NCBI GenBank assembly: GCA_964552535.1
Contig: CAZKHE010000004.1
Location: 6,015-70,014 of the forward strand
Direction: 5' to 3'
DNA from: an uncultured Enterobacteriaceae bacterium
GTDB taxonomy: Bacteria; Pseudomonadota; Gammaproteobacteria; Burkholderiales; SG8-39
DNA: 64,000 bases
Positions 20,466-29,988 of this stretch are shown here, one piece after another. Both the position numbers and the translations under genes were made by a program. How positions within the stretch are numbered: the stretch's first letter is position 1; each line of letters opens with the position of its first letter. The notes under the pieces were generated by a model. That model saw only the letters and a list, made by a program, of their open reading frames with translations, did not search any database and was not told the DNA's origin.

Positions 20466-21725
20466 CTACTTGCGGAGCTTGTCGAAGGGGACGACGTTTC
20501 CGGTCTGGAGCTTGGCCGGGGCGATGATCGGCTGCACGCCCTGCTTGCGGAACTGGTCCACGTTCTTGTCGACCACGCCGGTGAACTGCACCATCGGCAG
20601 CCGCGGCGTCGCCCACTCGCCCACCGCGTCGTAGCGGACGTTGCCGACGATGGTCTTCATCTCGTTCTTGCGGATGTAGTCGGCGAGCGCCTTGTGGTCG
20701 AGGCTCTTGGTCGCGGTGACCGCCTGCTCCAGCATCTGCCCGATGGCGTAGTTGTACGGCGGCAGATAGAAGCCCAGCGGGTCGACCTTCTCCTGGATCG
20801 CGCGCTGCTGATAGCGCTTCAGGAAGTCGGCGATGCCCGGGAAGTCCATGGTCTTCTCGGGCACGTAGCTGTGGAAGTTCACGAAGCCGTTCAGGCTGGA
20901 GCCGAGGGACTCCATGATCGGGGTGAACTGCAGGCCGACCATCCCGCCGCCGATCAGCTTCACTGAGCTGCCGAGGCCGATCTCGTTGACCGCACGCACC
21001 AGGGCCGCCGACTCGGACGGATAGGAGGCGACGAAGACGATGTCCGGCTTCGCGCTGCGCACGGCGCGGATCATCGACGAGAAGTCGACCGTGTTCGGCG
21101 GGTAGTTCTGGTCATAGACGGTCTGGAAGCCCATGGCCTTGGCGATCGTGCGTGCGCCGGTCGCGAGGTTCTGTGCGAACTCGGCGTCGGCGGCGAGGAA
21201 GGCGATCGTCTTGCCGCCCAGGGCCTTGCCGGCCTCGAGGAACGTGCCGCCCCACGCCACTGCGCCGGCCCCCCAGGGCGCGTTGTTGAACCACTTGTCG
21301 TGCTTGATCTTCGCGTTCGCGTCGAACGAGAAGTTGCCCATGAGCAGCAGGTCCCGCTGCTTCACCAGCGGCATGATCGGCGCGGTCGGATTGGTGCCGT
21401 ACGGGGCCACCAGCAGGTCGACCTTGTCCACGTCGAGCAACTTCGTGTAGATGCCTGGAGTCGTCGCCGGGTTGGACTGGTCGTCGTACGCGATCAGCTC
21501 GACCTTGCGCCCCAGGAGCCCGCCCTTCGCGTTCACGTCGTCGACCCACATCTGCAGGCCGAGCAGCGCGGCCTTGCCGCCGCCGCCTAACGGACCGGTC
21601 TGTGCGATGCCGATGCCAACCTTGATCGGCTGGCCCTGCGCCGCGGCCGGGCCGGAGACTCCGATGGCCGCTGCGGCGACAAGCGCGCCGGCGCCTGCCA
21701 ATAGCTTCCTCCTGCTCTGCTGCAT
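20466..21725 (-). CDS. ABC transporter substrate-binding protein (LivK/Leu-Ile-Val-binding family)
   Basis: ATG 21725 has the RBS AGGAGGA upstream. The signal peptide is MQQSRRKLLAGAGALVAAAAIGVSGPAAAQ, followed by the type-I periplasmic binding fold (IKVGIGIAQTGPLGG). Confidence 0.88.
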   Translation of the reverse strand: MQQSRRKLLAGAGALVAAAAIGVSGPAAAQGQPIKVGIGIAQTGPLGGGGKAALLGLQMWVDDVNAKGGLLGRKVELIAYDDQSNPATTPGIYTKLLDVDKVDLLVAPYGTNPTAPIMPLVKQRDLLLMGNFSFDANAKIKHDKWFNNAPWGAGAVAWGGTFLEAGKALGGKTIAFLAADAEFAQNLATGARTIAKAMGFQTVYDQNYPPNTVDFSSMIRAVRSAKPDIVFVASYPSESAALVRAVNEIGLGSSVKLIGGGMVGLQFTPIMESLGSSLNGFVNFHSYVPEKTMDFPGIADFLKRYQQRAIQEKVDPLGFYLPPYNYAIGQMLEQAVTATKSLDHKALADYIRKNEMKTIVGNVRYDAVGEWATPRLPMVQFTGVVDKNVDQFRKQGVQPIIAPAKLQTGNVVPFDKLRK

Positions 21726-21960
21726 GGTGCTCCTCCTAGGGGTTGACCTGACTGGATGCCGCCTTCTGTTGCTGTCGCCGGGGGAGGCGGGCGTGCGGCA
21801 ATGCTTCGCAACGGTAGCACGATGCATTGCATCTGCGCATTGATTTCAGGACCCGCCGGCAGGGGCACCGCCGCTTCGTTGCAGCGCACGATTGACGCCG
21901 TGCACCAAGTGCCACTAATACGAACCTTCCCTGGCGATCCGGAATGAGCAGGAGAAGGCG

Positions 21961-22527
21961 ATGAGCGACTGGAAGGACGTGCGGGTCTGGACCCGCGACG
22001 AGATGATGAAGCGCGTGGCGCGGTTCAAGGACCTCAAGGGCTCCGACGGCGGGCTGCCCGACAGTGACGTTCCGGAGTGCCACCGGACGCTGTTCGCGGT
22101 GATCGGTTTCCAGCCGCCTGCCGCCGCGAACGAGGCGACGACCTCGCCGGTGGGCGACGATGCTTCGGCCATGCCCGCCATCCCGATTCAGGAAGGCTTC
22201 AACCTCGGCTACTGCAAGGCGAAACCCGGCAAGGGCCCGCTGATGCACAACCACGACACGAACGAGACCTTCATCCCGATGACGGGCAAGTGGCGCTGCG
22301 AATGGAACGAGGGCGACGCGATCGAAGGCATCGACCTCGATCCCTTCGACGTGATCTCGTTCCCGGTCGGCGTCGCGCGCCGCTTCATGAACGTCACCTA
22401 CGATGAGCCGGACAAGGAGCATCTGCTGATGTTCGTGATCGGCGGCAATCAGCCGCAGGCTGAGTTCACCCCGCTCGCGATGAAGCGGGTCGAGGCGTGG
22501 CAGGGCGAGAAGAAGAAGTCCGCCTGA
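21961..22527 (+). CDS. cupin domain protein
   Basis: 188 aa with the cupin metal motif GPLMHNHDTNE (H-x-H-x3-E). No closer family was recognised. Confidence 0.65.
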   Translation: MSDWKDVRVWTRDEMMKRVARFKDLKGSDGGLPDSDVPECHRTLFAVIGFQPPAAANEATTSPVGDDASAMPAIPIQEGFNLGYCKAKPGKGPLMHNHDTNETFIPMTGKWRCEWNEGDAIEGIDLDPFDVISFPVGVARRFMNVTYDEPDKEHLLMFVIGGNQPQAEFTPLAMKRVEAWQGEKKKSA

Positions 22528-22535
22528 CTGCGGTC

Positions 22536-22558
22536 GGGGCGCCGGCCAGCGGCGCCCC
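22536..22558. terminator. GC-rich hairpin between convergent cupin and VOC genes (GGGGCGCC-ggccagc-GGCGCCCC)
   Basis: 8-bp perfect stem, extendable by the outer CTGCGG/CCGCAG arms (22528-22564). It sits in a 41-bp convergent spacer. Confidence 0.5.
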
Positions 22559-22568
22559 CGCAGCCGCT

Positions 22569-23033
22569 TCAGCTCGGCAGCTCGGAGGCCATCAGCTCCG
22601 GCGTGATGCCGTGCTCGAGGGCCTCGGTGTTGGCGAAGTTGAGCTCGATCTTCACGCCATTGGGGTCGAGCAGGAAGAGCTGGTACAGGCCCTGGTCGCT
22701 CACCATGCGCTGGGTGAACTTCACGCCTTCGCGCTTCAGGTGGTCGATCATCTGCGGCAGTCCGCTGCAGCGGAAGGCGACGTGGTCCACCACGCCGCTG
22801 CCGTGCACCGCCTCGGATTGCTGGCCGAGGTACTTCTTGCGGTTCTCGGACGTGTTGGCGCCGCCCTGGGTGAGGTGCAGCACGTCGCGGTCGCCGAGAT
22901 AGAGCCAGACGACCGGGAACTTGAAGTCGGGATGCCAGCCCTCCTGCATGCCGAGGACGCGGACGTACCAGTCGCGGGTGGCCTCGATGTCGGCGGACTG
23001 GATGAGGAAATGCTCGAGGTGGTTCAGCGGCAC
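22569..23033 (-). CDS. VOC (glyoxalase/bleomycin resistance/extradiol dioxygenase) family protein
   Basis: 154 aa. The N-terminus LNHLEHFLIQSADIEATRDWYVRVLGM and HVAFRC are typical of the VOC fold. Confidence 0.8.
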   Translation of the reverse strand: MPLNHLEHFLIQSADIEATRDWYVRVLGMQEGWHPDFKFPVVWLYLGDRDVLHLTQGGANTSENRKKYLGQQSEAVHGSGVVDHVAFRCSGLPQMIDHLKREGVKFTQRMVSDQGLYQLFLLDPNGVKIELNFANTEALEHGITPELMASELPS

Positions 23034-23091
23034 GGACCTTCCTCCTGTCGGCCGCGCGGCCCGGTCGGCGCCGGACCGCGCGGATGTATGA

Positions 23092-23775
23092 TCAGACGAC
23101 CTTGACGGTGATGGAGCCGACGCCGTCCACCCAGCCCTTCATCGTGTCGCCCTTCACCACCGGGCCGACCCCCGCCGGGGTGCCGGTCATGATGAGATCG
23201 CCGGGCAGCAGCGTGAACAGCGTGGAGAGATAGGCGATCATCTCCGGGACGTTCCAGATGAGGTCGCCGAGGTCGCCCTTCTGCTTCACCTGCCCGTTCA
23301 CCTCGAGCACGATGGCGCCCTTGCTCGGGTGGCCGATCTTGGCCGCCGGCACCAGCGCGGAACAGGGCGCGGACGCGTCGAACGCCTTGCCGGTGTCCCA
23401 GGGGCGGCCCATCTTCTTCGCCTCGCCCTGCAGGTCGCGGCGGGTCATGTCGAGGCCCACGCCGTAGCCGTAAACGTGCTCGAGCGCCTTCGCCTCGGGG
23501 ATGTTCGCGCCGCCCTTGCCGATCGCGACCACGAGCTCCATCTCGTGGTGCACGTCCTTGGTCTGCGCGGGATAGGGAAACACGCCGTCGGTCACGACGG
23601 CACTGGCGGGCTTCATGAAGAAGAACGGCGGCTCGCGCGTGGGGTCGTGGCCCATCTCGCGGGCGTGGTCGGCATAGTTGCGGCCAACGCAGAAGATGCG
23701 CGCGACCGGGAAGCGGGCGTTGGTGCCCTCGACCGCCAGCGTGGGAACCGCGGCGGGCTGGATGACGTACTCCAT
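23092..23775 (-). CDS. fumarylacetoacetate hydrolase (FAH) family protein
   Basis: 227 aa with IFCVGRNYADHAREMG, FFFMKP, HHEMELVVAIGK and GDLIMTGTPAGVG. Confidence 0.9.
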   Translation of the reverse strand: MEYVIQPAAVPTLAVEGTNARFPVARIFCVGRNYADHAREMGHDPTREPPFFFMKPASAVVTDGVFPYPAQTKDVHHEMELVVAIGKGGANIPEAKALEHVYGYGVGLDMTRRDLQGEAKKMGRPWDTGKAFDASAPCSALVPAAKIGHPSKGAIVLEVNGQVKQKGDLGDLIWNVPEMIAYLSTLFTLLPGDLIMTGTPAGVGPVVKGDTMKGWVDGVGSITVKVV

Positions 23776-23810
23776 GAATCGCTCCTGAGTGGGGTGGTAG
23801 GGGGTCGGTG

Positions 23811-24116
23811 CTAGCGCGGCGTCGCGTCGCCGCCCTCGACGATCACATTTTCCACGATCCCCGCCCCGCCGCGGCGGTGGGCCGACGCGGCCTGGTATTC
23901 GGGGGACTCGAAGCAGGCGACCGCCTGCTCCATGGTCGGGAATTCGATGACGATGAAGCGGTGGAAGGTGTCCGGGCCTTCCATGATCCGGTACTTGCCG
24001 CCGCGGGCAAGGACCTTGCCCTGGTACTTGGCGATGATGGCGGGCACCTGGTCGGTGTACTTCTTGTACTCGACGGGGTCGTTGATCTTGGAGCGGGCGA
24101 GCCAGTAGGCGGGCAT
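23811..24116 (-). CDS. DUF1330 domain protein
   Basis: 101 aa from ATG 24116 (MPAYWLARSKINDPVEYKKYTDQVPAIIAKYQGKVLARGG...). The rest of track ORF 23811..25256 is an artefact overlapping dctM. Confidence 0.8.
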   Translation of the reverse strand: MPAYWLARSKINDPVEYKKYTDQVPAIIAKYQGKVLARGGKYRIMEGPDTFHRFIVIEFPTMEQAVACFESPEYQAASAHRRGGAGIVENVIVEGGDATPR

Positions 24117-24127
24117 GTCTTTCCTCT

Positions 24128-25489
24128 TTACTTGGCGGAGAACGCGACCTCGGGCAGCCAGGTAGCGATTTGCGGGAAGAGCGCGATCGAGAGGATCACC
24201 GCGATCAGCGCCATCCAGTACGGCACGGCGGCACGGAAGATCTCCCCGACCGATGCCCCTTCGTATGGCAAGGCCGCGCGCACCGTGAACACCAGGATGC
24301 CGAACGGCGGCGTCAGCAGGCCGGTCTCGATGGCGAGGATGCCGAGGATCGCGAAGGCGAGCGGATCGAAGCCCGCGGCCTGCGCGATCGGCGCAAAGAC
24401 GGGCACGGTGAGCAGGATGATCGAGATCGAGTCGATGATGCAGCCGAGGATGAACCACACCAGCACCATCAGCGCGAGGATCATGTAGGGCGAGAGGCCG
24501 GCGCCGAGGATCAGATCCTGCACCGCCTTGGTCACCCCGGTCATCGACAGCACGCGCGAGTACAGCTGCGCGGTGAAGAGCAGGATGAGGAGCGGCCCCG
24601 ACGTCCGGCCGACGAGGATGACGACCTCGACGATCTCCTTCCAGCGCACGCCCTTCACCAGCGCGAGGACCAGCGCCGCGGCTGCGCCCACGCCGGCGCC
24701 TTCGGTCGGCGTGAAGGCGCCGAGCCAGATGCCGGACAGCACGCCCACGACCAGGCCGATCACCAGCAGCGTGCCCCACAACGCGCCGAGCGTGTCGACC
24801 GCGGGTGGCGTGCCGTTCGGCGCTTCGGCCGCTCCGCCCGCGCCGGCGACGGCGCGCCTGCCTTCGCCCACCATCTCGGGCCGCGTGTACGACACCCACA
24901 TGATGTACATGATGTAGAAGGCGACCAGGAGGAAGCCCGGCAGGACGCCGGCGAGGAACAGCTTGCCGATCGACTCCTCCGTGAGCACGCCCCAGACGAT
25001 CATGAGCACACTCGGCGGAATGAGCATGCCGAGACAGGCGCTGCCGGCGATGCAGCCCAGCGAGAAGCCGCGGTCGTAGCCGTGGCGCTTCATCTCCGGA
25101 TAGGCGATGCGCGAGAACGCGGCCGCGGCGGCGATCGACACGCCGGAGACGAAGGCGAAGATCGCGTTGGCGAGCACTGTCGTCACCGCAAGGCGGCCGC
25201 GCACGAAGCCCGTCATGCGGTTCACGAGCGCGAACATGTCGCGCGCAGCGCCGCATTTGGCCAGGAACTCGCCCATGAGCATGAACAGCGGAATGACCGC
25301 AAAGACGTAGTCGCGCAGCGCCTCGTAGGCGGTGTTGCCCACGAAGTTGCGCGCCACCTCGATGTCGTCGGTCATCAGGTAGATGCCGAGGACGGAGGTG
25401 ACGCCGAGCGCGATGGCGATGTGCACGCCGGCGAAGACGACGACGAGCAGCGAGACGACGAGGATGACGAGGTCGGCGGAATCGAACAC
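24128..25489 (-). CDS. dctM: TRAP transporter large permease (DctM family)
   Basis: GTG 25489 gives MFDSADLVILVV. The product is a ~453-aa polytopic protein with DctM blocks (LMGEFL, IPPSVLMIVWGVLTEESIGKLF, ETGLLTPPFG). Confidence 0.9.
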   Translation of the reverse strand: MFDSADLVILVVSLLVVVFAGVHIAIALGVTSVLGIYLMTDDIEVARNFVGNTAYEALRDYVFAVIPLFMLMGEFLAKCGAARDMFALVNRMTGFVRGRLAVTTVLANAIFAFVSGVSIAAAAAFSRIAYPEMKRHGYDRGFSLGCIAGSACLGMLIPPSVLMIVWGVLTEESIGKLFLAGVLPGFLLVAFYIMYIMWVSYTRPEMVGEGRRAVAGAGGAAEAPNGTPPAVDTLGALWGTLLVIGLVVGVLSGIWLGAFTPTEGAGVGAAAALVLALVKGVRWKEIVEVVILVGRTSGPLLILLFTAQLYSRVLSMTGVTKAVQDLILGAGLSPYMILALMVLVWFILGCIIDSISIILLTVPVFAPIAQAAGFDPLAFAILGILAIETGLLTPPFGILVFTVRAALPYEGASVGEIFRAAVPYWMALIAVILSIALFPQIATWLPEVAFSAK

Positions 25490-25524
25490 GGCCGGTGGCC
25501 TTCCGTTTCTTCTTCTGGCGCTGC

Positions 25525-26043
25525 TCAGGTCAGCGCCGGCGGCGGGGGCGGCGGCTGGTTGCGCAGCGCGGCCTGGACGCTGGAGGCGGCCATGAGCAGG
25601 TAGTTGAGCGTGCCGAGGCCGCAGCCGATGACCACCATGAAGCGCGCCGGCCAGGCGGGCACGCGCAGCGCGCCTTCGCCTTCGAACTCGCCCTCGGTCC
25701 AGGCGGTCCACGCGCCTTCGTAGCTGCCCCAGACGATGAACAGCAGGAACGCGGCGCCCAGCAGCGCGCCGGCGGCCGCCACGCACGACTGCAGGCGCGG
25801 CGGGAAGTGCTGGGTGACGAAATCGACGTGAATCATGCCGCCGCTGCGGATCGCGTACGGCGCCTGCATGAAGCAGATCAGCACGATCGCCGACGAGACG
25901 AGCTCCGGCGTGCCCTTCACCGGGCTGTTGAACACGACACGGCCGACCACGTCGGCGACCACCAGGAACGACAGCAGGAGCCCGAGCGTCGCGGCGAAGA
26001 CCAGCAGCGACTTCGACGTCCAGTTGGAGAACCGAGCGAGCAT
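25525..26043 (-). CDS. dctQ: TRAP transporter small permease (DctQ family)
   Basis: ATG 26043 gives MLARFSNWTSKSLLVFAATLGLLL. The product is ~172 aa with four predicted TM segments and sits between dctP and dctM. Confidence 0.85.
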   Translation of the reverse strand: MLARFSNWTSKSLLVFAATLGLLLSFLVVADVVGRVVFNSPVKGTPELVSSAIVLICFMQAPYAIRSGGMIHVDFVTQHFPPRLQSCVAAAGALLGAAFLLFIVWGSYEGAWTAWTEGEFEGEGALRVPAWPARFMVVIGCGLGTLNYLLMAASSVQAALRNQPPPPPPALT

Positions 26044-26096
26044 TGCGTTGCCTCGGGCGGACGGGGCGGCTCGAAGAACCGCCCCGTCGCGTCGCG

Positions 26097-27170
26097 TCAC
26101 TTGATCTCGTAGCGCACCGGCCACTTGTGGCCGAGCTTCTCGGCTTCCTGGAGCGTGAGCTTCAGCACCTGGCTGGCCGGCAGGCCGGCCTTGTCGAGCT
26201 CCGTCGCCTTCTCCTGCGGCCAGCCCTTCAGCGCGTTGGCCCAGTCGACCTTCACGGCGTCGGGCACGGCGGCCACCTTCACGCCGAAGCCGCGCAGCTG
26301 GTCGAGCTGCTTGGGATAGTTCTCCTCGTTCACGCTCCCGGTCCTAGCTTCGTACTCGCGCGCGACCTCGGCGATGATCTGCTGCACGTCCTTCGGCAGC
26401 TTGTTCCAGCGGTTCTTGTTGATGGTGAGGCCGTGCCAGGTGATCGCGCCGAAACCGACCTCGGTGTAGAACTTGCCCACCTCGTACAGCTTGAAGTTGA
26501 CCCACCCGGACGGGAACATGATCCAGCCGTTGTACACGCCGGTCTGCATCGACGTGTAGGCCTCGGGGAGCGACGACTGGACCGGCGTGGCGCCGGCGAA
26601 CTCCAGCCACTTCAGGTTGAGGCCGGCGCCCGCGAGCTTCTGGCCCTTGAGGTCACTGACCTTGTTCCACTCGAAGTTGGTGCCGAGGTTGTAGCCGTTG
26701 TCGGCGATGAGGGCGAGGAGGCGTTGGTTGAACTTGTCCTCGAACACCTTCGACATGTAGGGCACCTTGTCGTACACGGCGCGAGCGAGCTTCACGCTCT
26801 TGTCGGGGCTCATGGTGCCGAAGGGCAGCATCACCTGGAACGCGTGCAGCGGCAGGTTGGACGGCTCGAAGCAGAAGCAGTAGCCGCCGATGTCGATGAT
26901 GCCCGACTGCACGCCCTCGAGCGTGTCGGCGACCTTCACCATCGAGCCGCCGTAGCCTTCCACGAACTCCACGGTGTGCTTGGTGCGCTCCTTCACCCGC
27001 TTGGTGACCTCGGGTACGAAGAAGTTCTGCATGAGGTTGACGTAGGTGTTCACCGCCGGGTGGCCGGAGGCGATCCGCAGCTTGATGTCCTCGGCGGCGG
27101 CGGGCGCGGCGACGAGGGCGGCGGTGGAAAGGGAAAGCGCGGCCAGCGCCGCGCGGGCGTAGCGATGCAT
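26097..27170 (-). CDS. dctP: TRAP transporter substrate-binding protein (DctP family)
   Basis: ATG 27170 has the RBS AAGGAGAC. The signal peptide is MHRYARAALAALSLSTAALVAAPAAA, followed by EDIKLRIASGHP. Confidence 0.88.
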   Translation of the reverse strand: MHRYARAALAALSLSTAALVAAPAAAEDIKLRIASGHPAVNTYVNLMQNFFVPEVTKRVKERTKHTVEFVEGYGGSMVKVADTLEGVQSGIIDIGGYCFCFEPSNLPLHAFQVMLPFGTMSPDKSVKLARAVYDKVPYMSKVFEDKFNQRLLALIADNGYNLGTNFEWNKVSDLKGQKLAGAGLNLKWLEFAGATPVQSSLPEAYTSMQTGVYNGWIMFPSGWVNFKLYEVGKFYTEVGFGAITWHGLTINKNRWNKLPKDVQQIIAEVAREYEARTGSVNEENYPKQLDQLRGFGVKVAAVPDAVKVDWANALKGWPQEKATELDKAGLPASQVLKLTLQEAEKLGHKWPVRYEIK

Positions 27171-27367
27171 GTGGGTCTCCTTTGGTGTCGGGCGGTGCGT
27201 ACGGCTCGTTCTTCTGCGGCTGTGATATTCCAGCGGTGCAGAACTCAAGTCAAGCCTCGCCGTGGCTTTCGGCGCCTGCCGCAGTGCAGTAGCACGACTC
27301 GGCATGACCGCCATACCGCGCTGATATACTGCGCGCCCGTCAAAACCGGCATCATTCGCATCCAGAA

Positions 27368-28036
27368 ATGCGAGCCCCCTCCCGCAAAGCGCCGCTGATG
27401 CGCGACGACGTGTACGAGCGCATCCGCGACGACATCCTCTCCTGCGCGCTGCAGCCCGGGTCGCCGGTTCACGAGCAGACGCTCGCGCAGCGGTTCCAGG
27501 TGAGCAAGTCGCCGATCCGCGACGCGCTGTTGCGCCTGCAGGAGCAGAACCTGGTCGACGTGCTGCCGCGCAAGGGCTACCGGGTGCGGCCGATCTCGCT
27601 TGCCGATGCGATCGAGATGTACGAGCTGCGGCTCATGTACGAGCGCGAATGCGCCCTGCGCGCCATCGACCACGCGAGCGACGCGGCGCTGGCGGCGCTG
27701 GACGAGTTCCGCACGGGACCGCGCGGCCGCGACATGGGGAAGTGGATCGCCTACAACCGGCGATTCCATCTTGCCGTTGCGGCGGCGTGCGGGAATGCCC
27801 GCCTCGAGCGCGCCGCCACCGAGACCATCGAGCAGTTCGACCGGCTCACCTACGTGGGCGTGAACAGCGCCGTGACGCCGGCGGGCGTGCAGAAGTTCGC
27901 GGACGAGCACGGCGCGATCATCGACGCCCTCCAGCGCCGCGACCGCCGCCGCGCGGGCGCGCTGATCCGCGAACACATCGAGGCGTCGCGCAAGCGCACG
28001 CTCGCCTCGCTCGCCAATCCCGTCATCGTCCCCTGA
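27368..28036 (+). CDS. GntR-family (FCD/FadR subfamily) transcriptional regulator
   Basis: Has the wHTH VYERIRDDILSCALQPGSPVHEQTLAQRFQVSKSPIRDALLRLQEQNLV and a C-terminal FCD-like helical domain. The alternative start ATG 27398 (MRDDVYERI) is equally plausible. It is divergent from the TRAP operon. Confidence 0.88.
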   Translation: MRAPSRKAPLMRDDVYERIRDDILSCALQPGSPVHEQTLAQRFQVSKSPIRDALLRLQEQNLVDVLPRKGYRVRPISLADAIEMYELRLMYERECALRAIDHASDAALAALDEFRTGPRGRDMGKWIAYNRRFHLAVAAACGNARLERAATETIEQFDRLTYVGVNSAVTPAGVQKFADEHGAIIDALQRRDRRRAGALIREHIEASRKRTLASLANPVIVP

Positions 28037-28066
28037 TCTTCGGGGACGCACCATCACCAGGAGGAA

Positions 28067-29056
28067 GTGAACATGACCACCACGGCACGCGTTGTCCGCT
28101 TCGCCCAGCCGGGCGGACCGGAGGTGCTCAAGCAGGAGAGCCTCGAACTCGCCGATCCCGGTCCGGGCGAAGTGCAGATCCGCCAGTCCGCCATCGGCCT
28201 CAACTACATGGACGTGTACCTGCGCTCCGGCATGTATCCCGCACCGCTGCCGAGCGGCGTCGGCGGCGAGGCCGCCGGCGTGATCGCGAAGATCGGCGCG
28301 GAGGTGCGCGGCTTCCAGGAGGGCGATCGCGTCTGCTACTACGGGGGGCCGAGCATGGCGTACGCGAGCGCCCGCAACATCCCCGCGAAGCACGTGCTCA
28401 AGCTGCCAGCGGGCGTCACCGAGGAGATGGCGGCCGCCTGCCTGCTGAAGGGCATGACGGTCGAGTACCTCATGCAGCGCTGCTACCCGGTGAAGGCGGG
28501 GCAGTTCGTGCTCTTCTATGCGGCCTCGGGCGGCGTCGGCCTGCTCGCGGGGCAGTGGGGCAAGCACCTCGGCGCACGCATGATCGGGGTGGCCGGCGGC
28601 GCGGAAAAGTGCGAGCTCGCGCGCGACAACGGCTACGAGTTCGTCATCGACCGCACGAAGGAAGACATCGCCAAGCGGGTGAAGGAGATCACCGGCGGGG
28701 CGGGCGTGCCGGTGGCCTACGATTCGGTGGGCAAGGCCACGTTCGAGGCCACCCTGAACAGTCTCGCGCCGCGCGGCTACTTCGTCTCCTTCGGGGCCAC
28801 CACCGGCGCGCCGCCGGCCGTCGAGCCGGCGCTGCTGCAGAAGATGGGTTCCCTCTACTTCACGCGGCCGACGCTCGTCACCTACACCGCGTCGCGCGCC
28901 GAGCTCGAAGCGAGCGCCGGCGCGGTGTTCGACCTGATCGCGAAAGGCGTGCTCAAGCTCGCCATCAACCAGCGCTATCCGCTCGCCGAGGCCGCGCGCG
29001 CGCACGCCGACCTCGAGGCCGGCCGCACCATCGGCTCGAGCGTCCTGGTGCCGTGA
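28067..29056 (+). CDS. NADPH:quinone oxidoreductase (zinc-independent MDR family, Qor-like)
   Basis: Has GGPEVLK, GEVQIRQSAIGLNYMDVYLRSGMYP and AASGGVGLLAGQW. The start is ATG 28067 or 28073. Confidence 0.88.
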   Translation: MNMTTTARVVRFAQPGGPEVLKQESLELADPGPGEVQIRQSAIGLNYMDVYLRSGMYPAPLPSGVGGEAAGVIAKIGAEVRGFQEGDRVCYYGGPSMAYASARNIPAKHVLKLPAGVTEEMAAACLLKGMTVEYLMQRCYPVKAGQFVLFYAASGGVGLLAGQWGKHLGARMIGVAGGAEKCELARDNGYEFVIDRTKEDIAKRVKEITGGAGVPVAYDSVGKATFEATLNSLAPRGYFVSFGATTGAPPAVEPALLQKMGSLYFTRPTLVTYTASRAELEASAGAVFDLIAKGVLKLAINQRYPLAEAARAHADLEAGRTIGSSVLVP

Positions 29057-29988
29057 TGGCGACGAAGGGAGGGAAGGACAACGCCGCCCCGCACGTCGGG
29101 GTGATCGGCCTCGGCATCATGGGCTCCGCCATGGCGTCCAACATGCTGAAGGCCGGCTTCCGCGTGACGGGCTTCGACGTCGTGCCGGCGGCGCGCACCG
29201 TGCTGGCGAAGGAAGGCGGCCGGGCCGCGCGGTCCGCAGGCGAGGTCGCGCGCGCGGCGCCGATCGTCATCACGTCGCTGCCGACCGCGGCGGCGGTCGA
29301 GTCGGTGGCCGCCGAGATCGCGGCGACGAAGCGCCGGGGCCTCATCGTCGTGGAAACCAGCACGATGCCGCTGGAGACCAAGGAACGCGCCCGCGCGATC
29401 CTCGCGAAGGCCGGTATCACGCTGATGGACTGCCCGCTGTCGGGTACCGGCGCACAGGCGCGCGCGAAGGATCTGCTCGTGTATGCGAGCGGCCCGAAAG
29501 CGGCGTTCGATCAATGCGCGGCGATCTTTCCCGGCTTCTCGCGGGGCCACTACTACCTGGGGGTGTTCGGCAACGGCTCGAAGATGAAGTACGTGGCCAA
29601 CCATCTCGTCGCGATCCACAACGTCGCGGCGGGCGAGGCGATGACCCTGGCGGCGAAGGCGGGCCTCGACCTGCAGCAGGTGCTGGACGTGGTGGCGGGC
29701 GGCGCGGGCGGCTCGCGCATGCTGCAGGTCCGCGGCCCGATGATGGTGGCCAACGACTACTCGGACGCCACGATGAAGGTGGAGGTGTGGCAGAAGGACA
29801 TGCACATCATCGGCGAGTTCGCCACGCAGCTCGACTGCCCGGTGCCGCTGTTCGCGGCGAGCGCGCCGATCTACACCGCCGCGATGGCCTCGGGCCTCGC
29901 CAAGCAGGACACCGCCGCGGTCTGCGCGGTCCTGGAAAGCATGGCCGGCGTGACCCGGAAACCGGCGCGGAAGCGCGCGAAGAAGTAG
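29056..29988 (+). CDS. NAD(P)-dependent oxidoreductase, 3-hydroxyisobutyrate dehydrogenase/6-phosphogluconate dehydrogenase-NAD-binding family
   Basis: ATG 29056 overlaps the qor TGA. It has the Rossmann motif VGVIGLGIMGSAMASNMLKAGF. The upstream part of track ORF 27649..29988 is an artefact. Confidence 0.88.
   Translation: MATKGGKDNAAPHVGVIGLGIMGSAMASNMLKAGFRVTGFDVVPAARTVLAKEGGRAARSAGEVARAAPIVITSLPTAAAVESVAAEIAATKRRGLIVVETSTMPLETKERARAILAKAGITLMDCPLSGTGAQARAKDLLVYASGPKAAFDQCAAIFPGFSRGHYYLGVFGNGSKMKYVANHLVAIHNVAAGEAMTLAAKAGLDLQQVLDVVAGGAGGSRMLQVRGPMMVANDYSDATMKVEVWQKDMHIIGEFATQLDCPVPLFAASAPIYTAAMASGLAKQDTAAVCAVLESMAGVTRKPARKRAKK

Noticed and set aside
21897-21914. Sigma-54 type promoter (TGGCAC on the minus strand) upstream of the livK-like gene.
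   Set aside because: After TGGCAC the GC of the -12 element is displaced by two bases (TGGCACttggtGCAc versus TGGCAC-N5-TTGC). The site is ~190 nt from the start codon, and no enhancer-binding protein gene is nearby.
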